From the IMG/VR virus record IMGVR_UViG_3300044674_002489, positions 1-24,001 of that record: a stretch of DNA of 24,001 nt; one strand, written 5' to 3'. The first letter of the stretch is position 1, and each line of letters opens with the position of its first letter. Both the position numbers and the translations under genes were made by a program. This stretch comes from a virus (Duplodnaviria; Caudoviricetes). Below, piece after piece: positions 1 through 8,044 of the stretch. The notes under the pieces are model-generated. The model was not told the origin of the DNA, made no database searches, and saw only the letters and a list, made by a program, of their open reading frames with translations.

Positions 1-2
1 TC

Positions 3-122
3 CTCGCGAAGCCGCGCGGGAAGGACTCTCCGACGCCGTCTCCGGCCGTAGAGAAGCCGAAGACCGCCGAGAGGGACGAGACCCTTCCCCCGGCTCTCGA
101 CGACGCGGACATCCCGTTCTAG
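3..122 (+). CDS. 3' end of upstream gene (partial); terminase small subunit by position, or SSB-like by its C-terminus
   Basis: Open frame LAKPRGKDSPTPSPAVEKPKTAERDETLPPALDDADIPF* ends at TAG 120-122, overlapping the terL GTG (TAGTG coupling). Not in the ORF track because it is truncated by the window edge. Confidence 0.6.
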   Translation, partial: LAKPRGKDSPTPSPAVEKPKTAERDETLPPALDDADIPF

Positions 123-1618
123 TGACCGCGCCGGTCCGAGAGGCCGCGGAGTACGAGACGCAGGGAGATCACTTCGCGGACTTCGCGGCGGCGTACCTCC
201 GGCATACGAAGGGACGATGGGCCGGGGAGCCCGTCGTCCTCGAACCGTTCCAGGTCGACCTGATGCGCGAAGCCTTCCGGCTCGACGCGAAGACCGGGAG
301 GCGCGTCTATAAGACGGTCGTCGCAGGGCTGCCACGGAAGAACGGGAAGTCGACCCTCGCGTCGGCGCTCGCTCTCTACATGGCGACGGCCGACGGCGAG
401 CCCGGCGCGGAGGTCATCGTCGCGGCGGGCTCGCGGGACCAAGCCTCGATCGTCTTCGATCAGGCCCGCGCGTTCGTCGAGACGAGCCCGGCGCTCGGCG
501 ACTTCTGCGATCCGCAGCGTTACGTCATCCTCGGGCCGGACGGGTCGACGATCAAGCGGATCGCGGCGGACGGTCGACTACAGCACGGGCTGAACCCGTC
601 GGCGATCGTCGCGGACGAACTCCACGCCTGGACGACACCCCGGCAGGAGGAACTCTTCGCCGCGCTGACGACCGGGTCGCACGCTCGCGAGGAGCCGCTG
701 ACGTTCATCATCACGACGGCCGGGTATGAGAAGGGGACGATCCTCGGACGTCTCTACGACGAGGCCGTCCGGCGTCCGGGGATCGAGAAGCGACCGGGCC
801 TCCGGATCGTCCGCGACCCGGAGGCCGGGTTCCTCCTCTGGTGGTACGGGCTCGACGACGACGAGCCCGCCGACGATACCGACCTCTGGCTCGCCGCGAA
901 CCCGGCTTCCTGGGTCACGCGCGAGGTACTCGCGGAGCAGTTCGCGTCGCCGACGATCGACGAACTCTCCTTCCGTCGGCTCCATCTGAATCAGTGGACG
1001 AAGACCCGCGAGTCGTGGTTCCCGGCCGGGCTCTGGGAGTCGCTCCGTTCCGAGGAGAAGATCCCGGACGGAGCCGAGGTCTACGTCGGCGTCGACGTCG
1101 GGCTCGTCTCGGATACGACGGCGGTCGCCGTCGCGTACCGGCTCGACGACGAGAGGGTCGTCGTCCGCGCTCGGGTCTGGGCCGCTCGCGACGACGCGGT
1201 CGCTCATACGGTCCTCCCCGGAGGCCGCGTCGACCTCGGGATCATCGAGGATCACATCCGGGCGATCGCGGAGAAGTACGCGATCCGCGAGATCGTCTAC
1301 GACCCGCGGTTCTTCGACCGCTCGGCCGACATCCTTGCGAGCGAAGGGCTAACGGTCGCGCCGGTCGATCAGGCTTCCCGGAGGATGCTGGAGGCTTACT
1401 CCCGGTTCTATACCGGCGTCGTCGAGGAGCGGGTAACGCACGACGGCGACCCGGTCCTCGCGAGGCACGTCGAGTCGGTTCAGGGGACGATGACCGAACG
1501 CGGATGGAAGATCTCCCGACCGCGCCGCGAGCGGATCGACGCGGCCGTCGCCGTCGTCATGGCGTTCTACCGGGCGGAGCGTTCCGACCCTGCCGACTAC
1601 GTCCTCGGGTGGGACTAG
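122..1618 (+). CDS. terL: Terminase large subunit
   Basis: Walker A PRKNGKS, Walker B IVADELH, coupling motif ITTAG, nuclease motifs GVDVG and RIDAAVA; lies upstream of the portal. Confidence 0.96.
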   Translation: MTAPVREAAEYETQGDHFADFAAAYLRHTKGRWAGEPVVLEPFQVDLMREAFRLDAKTGRRVYKTVVAGLPRKNGKSTLASALALYMATADGEPGAEVIVAAGSRDQASIVFDQARAFVETSPALGDFCDPQRYVILGPDGSTIKRIAADGRLQHGLNPSAIVADELHAWTTPRQEELFAALTTGSHAREEPLTFIITTAGYEKGTILGRLYDEAVRRPGIEKRPGLRIVRDPEAGFLLWWYGLDDDEPADDTDLWLAANPASWVTREVLAEQFASPTIDELSFRRLHLNQWTKTRESWFPAGLWESLRSEEKIPDGAEVYVGVDVGLVSDTTAVAVAYRLDDERVVVRARVWAARDDAVAHTVLPGGRVDLGIIEDHIRAIAEKYAIREIVYDPRFFDRSADILASEGLTVAPVDQASRRMLEAYSRFYTGVVEERVTHDGDPVLARHVESVQGTMTERGWKISRPRRERIDAAVAVVMAFYRAERSDPADYVLGWD

Positions 1619-1628
1619 CCCGTACCCC

Positions 1629-1658
1629 TGGACATCCGTCCGACGGTTCGTATAGAGT
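1629..1658 (+). promoter_or_regulatory. Sigma70/SigA-like promoter P1: TGGACA-N18-TAGAGT
   Basis: -35 at 1629-1634 and -10 at 1653-1658. Same geometry and spacer start (TCCGTCCG) as the copies at 18643 and 19227. Confidence 0.75.
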
Positions 1659-1674
1659 GCCCCTATCAGGTAGT

Positions 1675-1695
1675 CGAGAGCACGGAGGACAGAGA
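1675..1695 (+). repeat. 21-nt leader/RBS repeat, copy 1 (CGAGAGCACGGAGGACAGAGA)
   Basis: Exact match to 1908-1928; contains GGAGG and ends 1 nt before ATG 1697. Confidence 0.9.
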
Positions 1696-1696
1696 G

Positions 1697-1897
1697 ATGC
1701 AGAGCAACGGAGCCCGCCACGCCGACGCCGCTCACACAGCGGGACGTAACCGCCGCCAGCAGTACCAGGAGGCATACCGCGCCTACCGCGCCGAGGGGTA
1801 CTCCGAGGAGGAGTCGAAGGCTCGCGCGAAGGCCGACGCATACCCCGCGTCGTTGACCGAGTGGGCCACTCCCGAGTGGGCACGTCGCAGCAACTAG
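1697..1897 (+). CDS. Hypothetical protein (66 aa), moron gene 1
   Basis: Strong SD, downstream of P1; no recognisable family. Confidence 0.7.
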   Translation: MQSNGARHADAAHTAGRNRRQQYQEAYRAYRAEGYSEEESKARAKADAYPASLTEWATPEWARRSN

Positions 1898-1907
1898 CCC
1901 GTCAATC

Positions 1908-1928
1908 CGAGAGCACGGAGGACAGAGA
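1908..1928 (+). repeat. 21-nt leader/RBS repeat, copy 2
   Basis: Exact match to 1675-1695; ends 1 nt before ATG 1930. Confidence 0.9.
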
Positions 1929-1929
1929 C

Positions 1930-2208
1930 ATGAGTCAGGTAAGCATCCGCAAGGTGGGGTACCGCGAGTACCGCGCCGCGCCGCGAGGTAGCGGCCTGGT
2001 GTACGAAATCCGCGAAGGCGGATGGACGAGCGGCCGACCCGGCGAGCGCATCTACTCGATCGACCGGATCGACTCCGAGGGAACGCGGACGGCGATCGCC
2101 GGGCCGTACGTCTACTCGAACGTCCCGTCAACGCTGCGCGAGTGCGAGCACGAGATCTGGATGGATCTCCCGGACTTCGTGAAGTGGCCGGAGGCTCCGG
2201 TCGGCTAG
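1930..2208 (+). CDS. Hypothetical protein (92 aa), moron gene 2
   Basis: Start moved from 1861 to ATG 1930 because the repeated SD leader precedes it (MSQVSIRKVGYREY...). Confidence 0.75.
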   Translation: MSQVSIRKVGYREYRAAPRGSGLVYEIREGGWTSGRPGERIYSIDRIDSEGTRTAIAGPYVYSNVPSTLRECEHEIWMDLPDFVKWPEAPVG

Positions 2209-2233
2209 ATCTCCGAAGCGGTACGCGGTACGA

Positions 2234-2262
2234 GAAGGGCTCCTCCGGGAGCCCTTCGTCGT
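2234..2262 (+). terminator. Hairpin terminator GAAGGGCTCC-TCCG-GGAGCCCTTC
   Basis: Perfect 10-bp stem closing the moron, weak U-tract; same family as 19188-19220. Confidence 0.7.
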
Positions 2263-2356
2263 AGACGGAGATCTCGTCTAGGCTCTCTCATCGAGGACGT
2301 CTTCGATCTCCGCTCCGGCTCGTCTCCGAGACTCGACGGAGCCCGCGAGGTAACGG

Positions 2357-3568
2357 TTGGCAGAGTTTAGGTTCCCCTGGCAGAAGTCGAACGAGCAGCC
2401 TCCGACGGAGGAGCGGGCCGAGTGGGGTTCGTCCGCGATCCCGCTCCCCGGTCTCTCGTACATCTCGGCGACGAACCGGGTCGTGACGCCGGACGCCGCG
2501 GCCGGGCTCCCGGCCGTCTCCGCCGCGATCCGTCTCGTCTCGGAGACGATCGCCTCGCTCCCGCTCCTCGTCTACGAGGGCTCGGGTCCGACGCGCGGGA
2601 GAGCGTACGAGTCGGAGCAGTACCGGCTTCTTCATGACGCGCCGAACCGGGAGCAGTCGTCGTTCGACTTCCTCTCCGACGTCACGGCGTCGCTCGAAGG
2701 ATTCGGGAACGCATACGTCCAGAAAGTCAAGCAGAACGGGCGAGTCGTCGAACTCGTCCCGCTCGATCCCGAGATCGTCTACGTCTACCGCGATCGGGAG
2801 ACGCTCGACCGGAAGTACGACGTCCTCGTCAACGGGAAGAGGACGACCGGACTGACCTCGTCGGAGATCCTCCACATCCGGGGGATGACGATCCGCGGCG
2901 GGCTCCTCGGGCTCTCGCCGATCCAACTTCACAGGAACTCCCTCGGGAACGCCGTCGCGATGTCGGAGTTTGTCGGCCGGTACTTCGCGAACGACGCTTC
3001 GCCGGGGCTCGCGATCAAGATCCCCGGAGCGGTTACGTCGCAGCAGGCGAAGCAGATCCTCGAAGTCTGGCAAGCGACGCACGGCGGCGTAACGAACTCG
3101 CATCGTCCGGCCGTCCTCGCGTCCGGCGCGGAACTCGACAAGGTGCCGATCTCGCTCGAAGACGCTCTCGCGGTCGAGGCGCAGAAGTTCTCGGTCCGAG
3201 AGGTCGCGAGGATCTTCAATGTCCCGCCGTCGCTCCTCGCGGCCGAGGGAGCGGCGACCGCTTCGTCGGCGCATGAGGAGGCCGACCGCTTCCTGAAGTT
3301 CTCCCTGGCTCCCCGGCTTCGCCGGATCGAACTCGCTCTCCGCGCCGACCCGGATCTCTTCGGCGGGACGGACCTCTTCCCGGAGTTCCTCGTCGACTCT
3401 CTCCTCCGCCCGGATACCGCCGCCCGCTACGCGGCGTACCTCTCGGCGAAGCAGGGAGGGTGGCTCTCGACGAACGAGATCCGCGAGATGGAGAACCGCC
3501 CGCCCGTCGAGGGCGGCGAGTCCGTACAGATCACGCCGGTCGGCGGGGCGCCGAACCCGGAGGAGTAG
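2357..3568 (+). CDS. HK97-family portal protein
   Basis: AVSAAIRLVSETIASLPL, LLHDAPN, GNAY, EILHIRG, GLSPI, VARIFNVPPSLL, NEIREMENRPP; TTG start with GAGG upstream. Confidence 0.95.
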   Translation: MAEFRFPWQKSNEQPPTEERAEWGSSAIPLPGLSYISATNRVVTPDAAAGLPAVSAAIRLVSETIASLPLLVYEGSGPTRGRAYESEQYRLLHDAPNREQSSFDFLSDVTASLEGFGNAYVQKVKQNGRVVELVPLDPEIVYVYRDRETLDRKYDVLVNGKRTTGLTSSEILHIRGMTIRGGLLGLSPIQLHRNSLGNAVAMSEFVGRYFANDASPGLAIKIPGAVTSQQAKQILEVWQATHGGVTNSHRPAVLASGAELDKVPISLEDALAVEAQKFSVREVARIFNVPPSLLAAEGAATASSAHEEADRFLKFSLAPRLRRIELALRADPDLFGGTDLFPEFLVDSLLRPDTAARYAAYLSAKQGGWLSTNEIREMENRPPVEGGESVQITPVGGAPNPEE

Positions 3569-5152
3569 ATGCCCTGGCACGTAGAGACAGATCATCCCGA
3601 TTGTTCCGGGTACGCCGTCGTCAAGGACGAGACCGGGGAGTCAGTCGGATGCCACGAGACGGAGGAGTCGGCGGTCGATCAGATCACGGCGCTCGCGATC
3701 GCGGAGAGCGAGGACGAGGACCGGGCGGTCGCCGACGTCGACCTAACTCCGACCTCCGAGATGAGCGACCTCGCCGCCCGCGGCGTCGCGTACTACGAAG
3801 ACGGGCAGGCTGGTGACGGCGTCGTCGACGCGACGGTCCGCGAGGCGCGGGCGATCGCTCGCGGCGACGCGGTCTCCCCGGAGAAAGTCGTGAAGATGCG
3901 AGCGTGGTTCGCGCGTCATCTCCCGGACCTCGACTCGCCGAAGAACTCGAACCCGGACGACGACGACTATCCCGGACCCGGCGCGGTCGCCTGGCTCCTC
4001 TGGGCCGGAGATCCGCTCGACCCGAGCGGAGCCGGAGCCGCGTGGTCCGAGCGGAAAGTCGCCGAACTCGAACGCGAGGGCTACCGCTTCGAGGAGCGGG
4101 CCGAGGACGACGAGCCCGGCGACGACGCCGGGGAGAGCGGGCTCTCGCCGCGGCAACGCATCCTCTACGAGAAGTACGAGTGGGTCGCAGAGACGTTCGG
4201 GAAGTTCTCGAAGGACTCCGGCCCGGACGGGTGCTCCTACCTCCCGGAGAGCGAGAACCCATACGAGACGAACTGCGCCGCCTGCTACTTCTACCGCGAC
4301 GGGCTCTGCGAGATCGTTGACGGCGAGATCGATCCGGGCGGGTTCTGTAAGTTCTCGATCGCGGCCGAGGGCTCCGGGGAGACCGCCGAGGACGACGACT
4401 CGGGTTACGATCCCGGTATGGCAAGCAGCGAAGAGAGCGCGAGCCCGGAGCGGTCGACGATCCGAGGCGGGGTCGAGTGGCGCGAGTCCGGAGCCGGGAA
4501 GGACTACCGGACGATCCGCGGCTACGCCGCGATCTGGGGAGCCCGCTCCGAAGACCTCGGAGGATTCGTCGAGACGCTCGACCGCGGAGCGTTCCGCGCG
4601 GCGCTCGAAGCGAACGCCGACGTCGCTCTCCTCTACAACCACGACGACGCAACGATCATGGCTCGGACGACGGCCGGGACTCTCGAACTGCGCGAGGACG
4701 AGAACGGTCTCCGCATCTGGGCTCGCGTCGACATGTCCGACCCGGACACGGCTCGCGTCATCGGGAAGATGAACGCGGGCTCGGTGTCGCAGATGTCGTT
4801 CCGCTTCTCCCTCGCGGACGGCGGCGACTCCTGGGACTCGACCGGAGGGACTCCTCTCCGGACGATCCGCGAGGACGGGATCTCCCGTCTCTACGAAGTC
4901 TCTCTAGTTCCGTTTCCGGCATACCCGGAGACGAAGGCCGCGGTCTTCGACCGCGCTATCGAGTCTGGTCGTCTCCTTCCCGGAGAGGCCGAATACGACG
5001 CCGCGCGGGAGAAGCCCGCGGACGTCGCCGATGCGTCGGTCGAGGAGGTCGACGGCGGTCGGAGTAACCGACGGGCCGAAGAGGTCCGTCTCCGGGCCTC
5101 CCTCTGGGAGACCCGTCTCCGCAAGCATCTACGAAAGGATGGTCCCAGGTGA
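3569..5152 (+). CDS. HK97-type prohead (maturation) protease with an ~300-aa multidomain N-terminal extension that includes a HiPIP-like domain
   Basis: C-terminal half has IRGYAA, DLGGFVE, GAF, LLYNHD, GTLELREDENGL, QMSFRF, LYEVSLVPFPAYPET; located between portal and capsid. Confidence 0.92.
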   Translation: MPWHVETDHPDCSGYAVVKDETGESVGCHETEESAVDQITALAIAESEDEDRAVADVDLTPTSEMSDLAARGVAYYEDGQAGDGVVDATVREARAIARGDAVSPEKVVKMRAWFARHLPDLDSPKNSNPDDDDYPGPGAVAWLLWAGDPLDPSGAGAAWSERKVAELEREGYRFEERAEDDEPGDDAGESGLSPRQRILYEKYEWVAETFGKFSKDSGPDGCSYLPESENPYETNCAACYFYRDGLCEIVDGEIDPGGFCKFSIAAEGSGETAEDDDSGYDPGMASSEESASPERSTIRGGVEWRESGAGKDYRTIRGYAAIWGARSEDLGGFVETLDRGAFRAALEANADVALLYNHDDATIMARTTAGTLELREDENGLRIWARVDMSDPDTARVIGKMNAGSVSQMSFRFSLADGGDSWDSTGGTPLRTIREDGISRLYEVSLVPFPAYPETKAAVFDRAIESGRLLPGEAEYDAAREKPADVADASVEEVDGGRSNRRAEEVRLRASLWETRLRKHLRKDGPR

Positions 5153-6429
5153 GCGACTTCACCGAGGCCCGCGCCGCGTACGACGCCGCCGTTGACGAGA
5201 TGGCCGACGCCGTCGCCGCGCTTAGCAGCACCGACGAGAACTCCGACCTCGACGCTCTCGAAGAGCGAGCCCGCAAGGCCGAGGCCGAGGTCGAGCGTCG
5301 CGAGAAGATCATCGAGCGGCTGGAGAAGATCGAAGAGGCTCGCTCTTCGGCTCCGGTCCTGACTCCCGCCGAGGAGCCGCGAGTCGCGGTCGTCTCGGAG
5401 GAGCGGACGTACCGCCCGGACGGGAAGACCTCGTTCTTCCGCGATCTGATCACGGCGAAGAACGACCGCGACGCGATGGACCGCCTTATGCGCCACCGCG
5501 CCGAGACCGAGAACCGTGACGTCTCTTCGGCGTCGAACGGGTTCATCCCGCCCGTGTACCTCTCGCAGTACATGGTCGAGGTTCCCCGCGCCGGTCGGCC
5601 GTTCGCCGACGTCACCCCGAAGGCTGCCCTTCCGGCGAGCGGGACTTCGTTCACGCTCCCGAAGGTCGCGACCGGGGCTGCCGTCGCCGCTCAGACCGAC
5701 GGCGGCTCGGTTCAGGAGACCGACCCGACGACCTCGACCGTGACGACGTACGTCCGGACCGTGGCCGGTCAGGTCGACATCTCGCAGCAGTTGCTCGACC
5801 GCTCGGACCCGTCGTTCGACGCCGTCGTCTTCCGCGACCTCCTGAACGCCTACGACTCGGAGGTCGACCGTCAGTTGCTGGTCGGTGCCTCCGGCTCGAA
5901 CGAGCACGTCGGTCTCGCGAACGTCGGTTCGATCAACACCGTGACGTACACCGATGCCTCTCCCACCGCGGCAGAGGCGCTGCCAAAGGTGTATGACGCG
6001 ATCCAGAAGATCGCCTCGACGCGGTACATGTACCCGACGCACATCGTGATGCACCCGCGTCGCGCCGCGTTCTTCGCAGCCGGTCTCTCGTCGACGTTCC
6101 CGCTCTTCCAGCAGGGTGGCCTGAATCAGGCCGCGGGCGAGCAGAACGGCGGCGTCGTCGGAACGATCGCCGGGCTTCCCGTCGTCATCGACGCGAACAT
6201 CCCGACGAATCTCGGAGCCGGTACGAATCAGGACACGATCTACGTCGTGCACATGCCGGACCTCGTCCTGATGGAGGGCGAGATCCGGACCCGCGTCATG
6301 GAGCAGCCGCTCTCTGACACCCTGGAGGTCCGCCTGCAGGTGTTCGGTTACTCCGCGTTCGCCTCCGAGCGTTACGCGAAGGGCATCGCAGCGATCGACG
6401 GGACCGGGCTGGTCACTCCCGCGTTCTGA
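5149..6429 (+). CDS. Major capsid protein, HK97 fold, with N-terminal coiled-coil delta (scaffold) domain
   Basis: Helical charged N-terminus, GFIPP, ISQQLLDRS, IVMHPR, GTIAGLPVVIDANIP; position after the protease. Confidence 0.93.
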   Translation: MSDFTEARAAYDAAVDEMADAVAALSSTDENSDLDALEERARKAEAEVERREKIIERLEKIEEARSSAPVLTPAEEPRVAVVSEERTYRPDGKTSFFRDLITAKNDRDAMDRLMRHRAETENRDVSSASNGFIPPVYLSQYMVEVPRAGRPFADVTPKAALPASGTSFTLPKVATGAAVAAQTDGGSVQETDPTTSTVTTYVRTVAGQVDISQQLLDRSDPSFDAVVFRDLLNAYDSEVDRQLLVGASGSNEHVGLANVGSINTVTYTDASPTAAEALPKVYDAIQKIASTRYMYPTHIVMHPRRAAFFAAGLSSTFPLFQQGGLNQAAGEQNGGVVGTIAGLPVVIDANIPTNLGAGTNQDTIYVVHMPDLVLMEGEIRTRVMEQPLSDTLEVRLQVFGYSAFASERYAKGIAAIDGTGLVTPAF

Positions 6430-6445
6430 TGATCTAGTCGCTCTC

Positions 6446-6475
6446 CCCGGAGCCCGGTTCGCGCCGGGCTCCGGG
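6446..6475 (+). terminator. Hairpin after the capsid gene (CCCGGAGCCCGG-N6-CCGGGCTCCGGG)
   Basis: Perfect 12-bp stem just after the capsid stop; no U-tract. Confidence 0.65.
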
Positions 6476-6501
6476 AGGCGGCGCTACGAAAGGAAACTCG
6501 A

Positions 6502-6708
6502 ATGGCGATCTCCGAAGAGGCGCGAAAGCGGTACATCAAGGCGCTCCTCGAAGAGAGGGCCGCGTACGTCGCGAACAGTCTCGACAAGCGAGTCGAGGAC
6601 GTCGACGCCGAACTCCGGAACATCGGAGCCGAGGGAGAGATCCCGTCGGCCCGCGCGGAGAAGCGACCGGCCGCGTCTCGTACGAAGAAGAAGCCCGAGA
6701 CCCGGTAA
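6502..6708 (+). CDS. Small hypothetical protein of the head module
   Basis: AAGGA SD; helical N-terminus and basic tail; position after the capsid gene. Confidence 0.7.
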   Translation: MAISEEARKRYIKALLEERAAYVANSLDKRVEDVDAELRNIGAEGEIPSARAEKRPAASRTKKKPETR

Positions 6709-6717
6709 CGAGGCTCC

Positions 6718-7350
6718 GTGGCCGCGTACGACCTGACGACGCTCGCGGCGGTACGCGAGACCCTCGAACTCCCCGCGTCGGATACGACGCGCGACGCGCT
6801 GATCTCGACGCTGATCGCGGACGTCTCGCTCGCGATCATCCGGGAGGCCGACCGCGAGTTCGCTCCGGCGACCGCGTCGGCGACCCGGAGGTTCGCTCTT
6901 CCGTCGGGCTCGCTCGTCCTCGACCTCTCTCCGTACGATCTCCGGACGGCGTCCTCCGTCGTCCTGAACCCGGAGTCGGCGTCCTCGACGACGCTGACCG
7001 TCACGGAGGATTACCAACTCCTCCCGCTCGCTCCGCGCGACGGGACGTATCTCTCGATCCGGTTCGCCGGGAACCTGACGAACCTCCACACGTCGGATAC
7101 CGCTCGCGACTTCGGCTACACGCTCGTCGACGTCGCGGGCTCCTGGGGCTTCGCCTCCGTCCCGGACGACGTCGAGCGGGCCGCGATCGTCGCGGTCACT
7201 TCGGCGCTCCGGCGCGACCTGACCGAACTCGCTCTCGCCGGGATAGAGGAGCCGCAGGCGATCGCTCCGGAGGGACCGGCGACGCACGCTCTTCCCCCGG
7301 CGACTCGGCGCTTCCTCGCTCCGTACCGTCGAAGCGGCGGAGCGTTCTAG
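6718..7350 (+). CDS. Head-tail adaptor (HK97 gp6/SPP1 gp15-like)
   Basis: LTTLAAVRETLEL...DALISTLI, WGFASVPDDVERA, C-terminal LAPYRR. Confidence 0.8.
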   Translation: MAAYDLTTLAAVRETLELPASDTTRDALISTLIADVSLAIIREADREFAPATASATRRFALPSGSLVLDLSPYDLRTASSVVLNPESASSTTLTVTEDYQLLPLAPRDGTYLSIRFAGNLTNLHTSDTARDFGYTLVDVAGSWGFASVPDDVERAAIVAVTSALRRDLTELALAGIEEPQAIAPEGPATHALPPATRRFLAPYRRSGGAF

Positions 7351-7802
7351 TGGCGCACATCGGTTCGTCGTCGACGGTCCCGGACGTTACCGACGCACTC
7401 GTCGACGCTCTCGAAGCGAGGACGTCGGACCCGCATCAACTCCAGGGAGTCCGGGTCAACTACGGACCGCCGCTCCCGGATCCCGGTCGCGAGTCGATCA
7501 ACGTCCTCGGAGTCGAGGGAGAGCAAATCTGGGCCTCGCTCGGGAAACTCGCGAAGGACGAGCAGTACACGATCTCGGTCCTCGTCATCGTGATTCGCGA
7601 GGGCCAGCAGACGAAGGAAGCGGTCGCGCGGGCGTACGCGATCGCGGCGAACGTCGAGGACGTTCTCCGGGATGACCCGACGCTCGGCGATCGATGCCGC
7701 GTAGCATCGGTCGCGTCTCCGTTCGACCTCGAAGTCGGGGCGTCGGATACCACGAGATCCGCTTTACTTACCATCGGCGTCTCGGTCGAGGCGCGCATCT
7801 AG
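7350..7802 (+). CDS. Probable tail terminator / head-tail joining protein
   Basis: 150 aa, VEDVLRDDPTLG motif, C-terminal beta strand; neck position. Confidence 0.6.
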   Translation: MAHIGSSSTVPDVTDALVDALEARTSDPHQLQGVRVNYGPPLPDPGRESINVLGVEGEQIWASLGKLAKDEQYTISVLVIVIREGQQTKEAVARAYAIAANVEDVLRDDPTLGDRCRVASVASPFDLEVGASDTTRSALLTIGVSVEARI

Positions 7803-7819
7803 GAAAGGAAGAACCCGCC

Positions 7820-8044
7820 GTGAAGGTCGAGTATCGAGGACCGCACGAGTCCGTAGAGGTTCCGCTCGGCGACGGTTCGGCGATCGTCGTCCGTCGCGGC
7901 GAGTCCGTCGAGATCGACGACTCCGTCGCCGCTGGGCTTCTCGTACAGTCAACGTGGCGCGAGTCGAGGGCGAAGGCGAGCGAGCCGAAGCCCGACGTCG
8001 CTCCGAAGCAGGCCGCGAAGACGGCCGGAAAGGATAAGGGCTAA
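7820..8044 (+). CDS. Small virion-module protein (74 aa)
   Basis: GTG 7820 after AAGGAAG SD; (M)KVEYRGPH...VRRGESVEIDDSVAAGLL; TAATG-coupled to the tail tube gene. Confidence 0.7.
   Translation: MKVEYRGPHESVEVPLGDGSAIVVRRGESVEIDDSVAAGLLVQSTWRESRAKASEPKPDVAPKQAAKTAGKDKG

Noticed and set aside
1675-1928. Direct repeats read as a CRISPR array
   Set aside because: Only two 21-nt copies, separated by a 212-nt interval containing an ORF; they are RBS leaders and no cas operon is present.
2209-2356. tRNA or known ncRNA in the hairpin-rich intergenic region
   Set aside because: No cloverleaf, T-loop consensus or CCA end recognised.
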